DNA of 64,000 bases from Verrucomicrobiota bacterium. Lineage in GTDB: Bacteria > Verrucomicrobiota > Verrucomicrobiia > Opitutales > Coraliomargaritaceae. Numbering within the stretch: position 1 is the first letter of the stretch; every line of letters begins with the position of its first letter. The stretch is from the NCBI GenBank assembly GCA_039815375.1, contig JBCBZJ010000011.1, positions 38,192 to 102,191 of the forward strand, read 5' to 3'. Made by a program: the position numbers and the translations under genes. The notes under the pieces are model-generated. The model did not search any database, was not told the origin of the DNA, and saw nothing but the letters and a program-made list of their open reading frames with translations. Positions 59,574 through 64,000 of the stretch are shown here, piece by piece.

Positions 59574-61124
59574 TCAAAGCAGGTCTGCGGCAAGATCAGC
59601 AAGTTCGGACCTCACCCCGGTGGTCAGCTCAAGGTGAGCCGTAATGTCAGTGCCTTTAAGGCGCTGGGAGGTGTGAACCAGCCCATTGGACCAAGCATCA
59701 AGGAACATACTGTCAACCTGATAAGGATCCCCGAGAAGAATGACCTTTGAGCCCTCGGCCATGCGGCTCACCACCGTCTTGGCCTCATGCGGTGTTAGGT
59801 TCTGAGCTTCGTCAATGATGAAGATTGTGTTGGACAGCGAACGCCCGCGAATGAAAGTCATGGCCTCAACTTCGACCATGCCGTAGTCGAAAAGGAATTG
59901 GTAGGGTTTACGGGGCTTGTTTGCCTCCTCATCTTCCTGATCGTGCTGAGTCGGTTGCTTCGCGAGCTTGGCCATGGCCTTCTTTCGCTTACGCGTGGAG
60001 GTAATCCGGTCGAGCCGGGCCTCTTCTTCGCTCGGCTCTTGCTTCTTGGCAACTTTACGATTACTGAAAAGCACTTCGAGGTTATCATAAAACGGCGCTA
60101 TGTATGGTGCCATCTTTTCATCCAGCGTGCCGGGCAATGCGCCGGTATCTTTACCAATATGCACTAGGGGACGTGTAATGAAGACGCGTTCGTAGAGATT
60201 ATCTTCGCCAAGAGTTTGGAAAAGCGCCATCGCAATCGAAACTAGGGTTTTACCCGTGCCGGCTTTTCCCGAGCATGTTACGAGCTTGATATCCTCATCC
60301 AGCAGAGCATCCATCAGCATGCGCTGCTCGTCATTAAGTGGGTGAATGTTGATACCCTTGGGAATTTTGACACCCGTATCACTGCCCAGAATGAGCGCAT
60401 CGATCTGGCCGTCCCCACGATAGCGGGCAGGTTCTCGAAACTCACCGTTCGTGATGTAGATATATTCGTTGAGGAATAGATGGCTGGTCATCTCTGGAGA
60501 GAGATCGACACCATGCTCCTCAAGAAAACGCTCATAGTCCTCGTCGTCGACTGTGATCGTCTTTAACCCGCCACCGAGCTTCGCACCGGTGACTTTATCA
60601 TTCATGTAGTCTTGAACTTCGAGGCCAAGAGCAACTCCTTTGAGCGCCATGTTGGCATCCTTTGTGACCAGAATCGTGCGACAGTCGCAACAGACCTCCT
60701 TTAGAAAGAAAACAGAAGCCAGAATACGACTATCCATTTTCTCCATGTCGACGAGGGTAGCTTTAAGGCGATTCATACCTTCGCTGCCATGGTCTTCGCC
60801 GATAAAGTAGTCGTTGATCACGACGATGAGGCGACCGCCGTTCGGCAGGTCACGACTCAACGCAGAACTACCCTTCCCTGCCAGTTCAGGCGGCACGTCA
60901 AGTTGATGATCAAACAGCGCACGCAAATCACGGTGCACCTTGCGGGCAGCAAATCCGAGCTCTCCGGGTGCAGACTTCTTTCGGTCAAGCTCCTCTAGAA
61001 CTTCAACCGGTATGGCTAGCGTGTTGTCCTCAAATTTGTAGAGACACTGCGGGTCATGTAGGAGAACATTGGTATCAAGAACAAAGATCTTTGTCTTGGC
61101 GGGCGTCGTTTTTTTCTTTGGCAA
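59574..61124 (-). CDS. PIN-PhoH family protein (PhoH2/YlaK-like)
   Basis: [12 protein letters not shown] and VLEELD (PIN), [51 protein letters not shown]. Confidence 0.92.
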   Translation of the reverse strand: MPKKKTTPAKTKIFVLDTNVLLHDPQCLYKFEDNTLAIPVEVLEELDRKKSAPGELGFAARKVHRDLRALFDHQLDVPPELAGKGSSALSRDLPNGGRLIVVINDYFIGEDHGSEGMNRLKATLVDMEKMDSRILASVFFLKEVCCDCRTILVTKDANMALKGVALGLEVQDYMNDKVTGAKLGGGLKTITVDDEDYERFLEEHGVDLSPEMTSHLFLNEYIYITNGEFREPARYRGDGQIDALILGSDTGVKIPKGINIHPLNDEQRMLMDALLDEDIKLVTCSGKAGTGKTLVSIAMALFQTLGEDNLYERVFITRPLVHIGKDTGALPGTLDEKMAPYIAPFYDNLEVLFSNRKVAKKQEPSEEEARLDRITSTRKRKKAMAKLAKQPTQHDQEDEEANKPRKPYQFLFDYGMVEVEAMTFIRGRSLSNTIFIIDEAQNLTPHEAKTVVSRMAEGSKVILLGDPYQVDSMFLDAWSNGLVHTSQRLKGTDITAHLELTTGVRSELADLAADLL

Positions 61125-61255
61125 GGGTCGTATCTAAAAAGAGCGGAATCGAAACTGGCGTTTGCAGCCAGTGGCTAATGATGTATGGCTAGCCTTAATC
61201 TGGCAGCCTCATTAGGCGCAAGCCGGAAACTAGCTCGCCTCGAGATTTTACCTTA

Positions 61256-61930
61256 ATGGAAGACAATAACCTGAAAATCGGATATAGCTTCAGCGATCCG
61301 GCGCTAGAGATGCTTGCCTACACCCATCCCAGTTGTAATTCGGAACATGGTGATAATCAGAGGCTTGAGTTTCTTGGTGACGCTGTTCTCGATCTTGTCA
61401 TCGCAGATGCGCTCTACAATAAGCTTTCCGGGCAGGATGAAGGCGTTCTGGACCGTGCCAGGGCCTCGCTGGTAAATGGACGCTCGCTGGCATCGCTGGC
61501 AAAGGCCCTCAACTTGGGATCAAGAATACAAGTCAGCCAGAGCCAGCGAAAACACCATCCGGAACCCAGCGACTCCATGCTGGAAGATGCACTCGAGGCA
61601 CTTTTCGGTGCAATTTATCTGGATGGTGGCATGGATGCCGCAAAAACTGTGGTCATGCAGCTCTTCAAAGCGCGTCTCGACGCGATTGAAATCGAGTCCG
61701 GACATACGAATTTCAAGAGCCGACTTCAGGAATGGGCCCAAAAAAACCATCAGGGCGCGGTGCCAGAATATGAGTTGCTCGGATCCGAAGGACCAGACCA
61801 TAAACGGCTCTACACGGCCGGCGTTAAGCTCAAGAGCAAGGCACTCGGCCAAGGTACTGGAAAATCTATCAAGAGCGCGGAAATGGCCGCCGCAGAAGCT
61901 GCTCTTCAGCAACTGGAAGAGGATGTCTAG
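61256..61930 (+). CDS. rnc: Ribonuclease III
   Basis: [33 protein letters not shown], dsRBD KSRLQE..GPDH..AEMAAA. Confidence 0.96.
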   Translation: MEDNNLKIGYSFSDPALEMLAYTHPSCNSEHGDNQRLEFLGDAVLDLVIADALYNKLSGQDEGVLDRARASLVNGRSLASLAKALNLGSRIQVSQSQRKHHPEPSDSMLEDALEALFGAIYLDGGMDAAKTVVMQLFKARLDAIEIESGHTNFKSRLQEWAQKNHQGAVPEYELLGSEGPDHKRLYTAGVKLKSKALGQGTGKSIKSAEMAAAEAALQQLEEDV

Positions 61931-64000
61931 ACCCCCGGCAAAGCTGTTCAGCGGTGTTTGTGCTCAAGCACGTGCCGCCATGCTCAACTATCTGAGCAAA
62001 GAACATCAGACCAGTGTCGCTCTATTCGCAAATCCACGCGAAGCTGCCGAACTGGCTTCAGAGATACGCACCCATATCAACTGGGAAAACTCAGGACTTG
62101 AAGTTCTCTACTTCCCTGAAGATCCGCCAGCAGATATTGATGCTGCTCGACGCGCAGATCGCATCAGTGAACGGCTCGCAGTGCTCAGTGCTCTCCTCGA
62201 AGAGCGTCGCCGCATCATCCTCACCACACCCGAAGCACTTCTTGGGCCCTGTCTGAAACATAAGGTCTTTCTTGCACAGCGGGTTCGGCTAGCCGCCGGC
62301 GATGCGCTACCGTTCAGTGGTTTCGTTGAAAAGCTGACCTCCGAGCTCAACTACGACTCCGAAGCTCTCTGCGAACACCCTGGCCAATTCTCAGTGCGCG
62401 GCGGCCTGGTCGACATCTACCCCTTTGACGCGGATCGCCCCTATCGCATCGACTTTTTCGGCGATGAGATCGAAACCATCCGGAGCTTTGACCCGACCAG
62501 TCAACTCAGCGAGAACCGCATCGACTCGATCACGATTCCTGCAGCTTTCGATAGTAAACACGCTTCACCCAAAGAAGGCGCATTCACTGCTTACCTGCCC
62601 GACTCCGTTCAATGGATCCTGGAAGACCCTTCAACTCTTATCCGTGAGCACCCTTACCGATTTGAAAAGATAAAACAAAACAGTAGCCCTCGATCCTTTT
62701 ATCAATTGATCGAGCATCGTAGATTCAAACAGGATGGACTTGTTTGTATTTGCGAATTGGATACAGATCACGAATTGTTTGACGGTGCCGAGCGCATTCC
62801 TCTCGCCACCGAAGCGACCGAAAACTACCGTTTTCATACTGATACCGGTCAAATCGGAAGCGATCGCTTCGAATCCGAACAAAGCACCCGGCTAAAATTC
62901 GAGTTGCAGATCAATGACTGGGCCAAGGAAGGGCTCGCCATCGTTTTCGTGACGGCCGGAGAAAGCGAAGAGAATCGGATCATCGAGCTACTTGCAGAGA
63001 ATCCTGTCACCGCAAAGCTAAAGCCTAGCTTCCTTCACGGCACGATCAACGGGGGTTACATTTACCGAGCCAATGAAGGGGCACAAGGCGGGACATCTCG
63101 CTCCGGGCAAGACAAGAGCTATGTCGTGATCACAGACTCGGAATTCTTCGGTCGTAGGCAGCGCAAGATTTCCGAAAAACGAGCGCGTGCAAGGCCCACT
63201 ATTTCTCATATCGACCAGCTACTTGATTTCACTGAACTGGCCGATGGTGATCCGCTCGTGCACTTGCAACATGGCGTATGTCTCTTCCGTGGACTCGCAC
63301 GAATCGACATTCAAGGTGGAGCGAAGGAAGTCATCTCAGTAGAGTTCGCGGAGGACATGACAATTCATGTGCCCCTCCACGAGTCTCATCTGCTCACCCG
63401 CTATGTTGGTCTTAACAAGGCCCAGCCAAAGCTCGGTAAGATCGGCGGAAGCTCCTGGGAGAAAACCCGTAGTGCAGCCGAACGCGCCACTCTGGATTAT
63501 GCCGCCGAAATGCTGAATCTGCACGCGCAGCGAGAGCAATCAGGCGGCTACGCATTTCCTCCTGACCATCCTTGGCAACGCGATTTTGAAGCAGCCTTCC
63601 CTTTCAAGGAGACTCCCGATCAGCTCCGCGCAATTGATGCGGCGAAAGAAGATATGGAGAAGGAACTACCCATGGATCGGCTCATCTGTGGGGATGTTGG
63701 GTTTGGTAAAACTGAAGTCGCGATCCGCGCTGCATTGAAGGCTATTCTCGCCGGTAAACAAGTTGCCTTGCTGGTGCCGACCACCGTGCTATGCCAGCAG
63801 CATTTTAATACCTTCCTTGAGCGTATGGCCCAATACCCCATCGTTGTCGAAATGGTCAGCCGCTTCAGAACAGCGAAGCAAAACAGAGAGATCATTGCAC
63901 AGCTTGCGGATGGAAGGATCGATATCGTCATAGGCACCCATCGCCTTCTGAGCCATGATGTGCATTTTAACAACCTTGGCCTGCTCGTAGTCGATGAGGA
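61923..64000 (+). CDS. mfd: Transcription-repair coupling factor Mfd, 3'-truncated by the window edge
   Basis: Missing from the ORF track because it has no stop in the window. ATG at 61923 overlaps the rnc stop. Motifs [66 protein letters not shown]. Confidence 0.96.
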   Translation, partial: MSRPPAKLFSGVCAQARAAMLNYLSKEHQTSVALFANPREAAELASEIRTHINWENSGLEVLYFPEDPPADIDAARRADRISERLAVLSALLEERRRIILTTPEALLGPCLKHKVFLAQRVRLAAGDALPFSGFVEKLTSELNYDSEALCEHPGQFSVRGGLVDIYPFDADRPYRIDFFGDEIETIRSFDPTSQLSENRIDSITIPAAFDSKHASPKEGAFTAYLPDSVQWILEDPSTLIREHPYRFEKIKQNSSPRSFYQLIEHRRFKQDGLVCICELDTDHELFDGAERIPLATEATENYRFHTDTGQIGSDRFESEQSTRLKFELQINDWAKEGLAIVFVTAGESEENRIIELLAENPVTAKLKPSFLHGTINGGYIYRANEGAQGGTSRSGQDKSYVVITDSEFFGRRQRKISEKRARARPTISHIDQLLDFTELADGDPLVHLQHGVCLFRGLARIDIQGGAKEVISVEFAEDMTIHVPLHESHLLTRYVGLNKAQPKLGKIGGSSWEKTRSAAERATLDYAAEMLNLHAQREQSGGYAFPPDHPWQRDFEAAFPFKETPDQLRAIDAAKEDMEKELPMDRLICGDVGFGKTEVAIRAALKAILAGKQVALLVPTTVLCQQHFNTFLERMAQYPIVVEMVSRFRTAKQNREIIAQLADGRIDIVIGTHRLLSHDVHFNNLGLLVVDE

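Noticed and set aside
58959..61124. TetR plus PIN-PhoH as a toxin-antitoxin pair
   Set aside because: The genes are convergent and there is no small antitoxin ORF upstream of the PIN gene.
62014..63973. Apparent gene-poor region at the right end of the ORF track
   Set aside because: It is mfd, omitted from the track because its stop codon lies beyond the window.

Overview
Bacterial DNA that looks verrucomicrobial (Opitutales/Coraliomargarita-like). This is inferred from the PEP-CTERM protein, SHD1 domains, many sulfatases and the absence of SusC/D, not from a database search. The window has two parts. Bases 1-39.2 kb are a large polysaccharide-degradation locus, truncated at the left edge. 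It encodes two GH95 alpha-L-fucosidases, a GH2, a GH110 alpha-galactosidase, nine formylglycine-type sulfatases, a DUF1080 protein, an FAD oxidoreductase, an exported TIM-barrel isomerase-like protein, a Tat-type aldo/keto reductase, a PEP-CTERM protein and two large unclassified proteins (HEAT-repeat fusion; beta-helix/PKD/2xSHD1). Bases 39.8-64 kb are core genome: yidC, a deleted and frameshifted yidD relic, rnpA, rpmH, an orphan pilC-like gene, tig-clpP-clpX, recN, Yip1, ABC-F, hom, plsY, serA, yicC, aldo/keto reductase, ACT protein, TetR, PIN-PhoH, rnc and mfd (runs off the right edge). I recognised no tRNA, rRNA, CRISPR array or transposase. Best leads: the two unclassified candidate CAZymes, a possible exported redox/eliminative sugar-cleavage module, the yidD and PEP-CTERM relics, and a promoter layout with a GCTTTTC element shared by three core genes.
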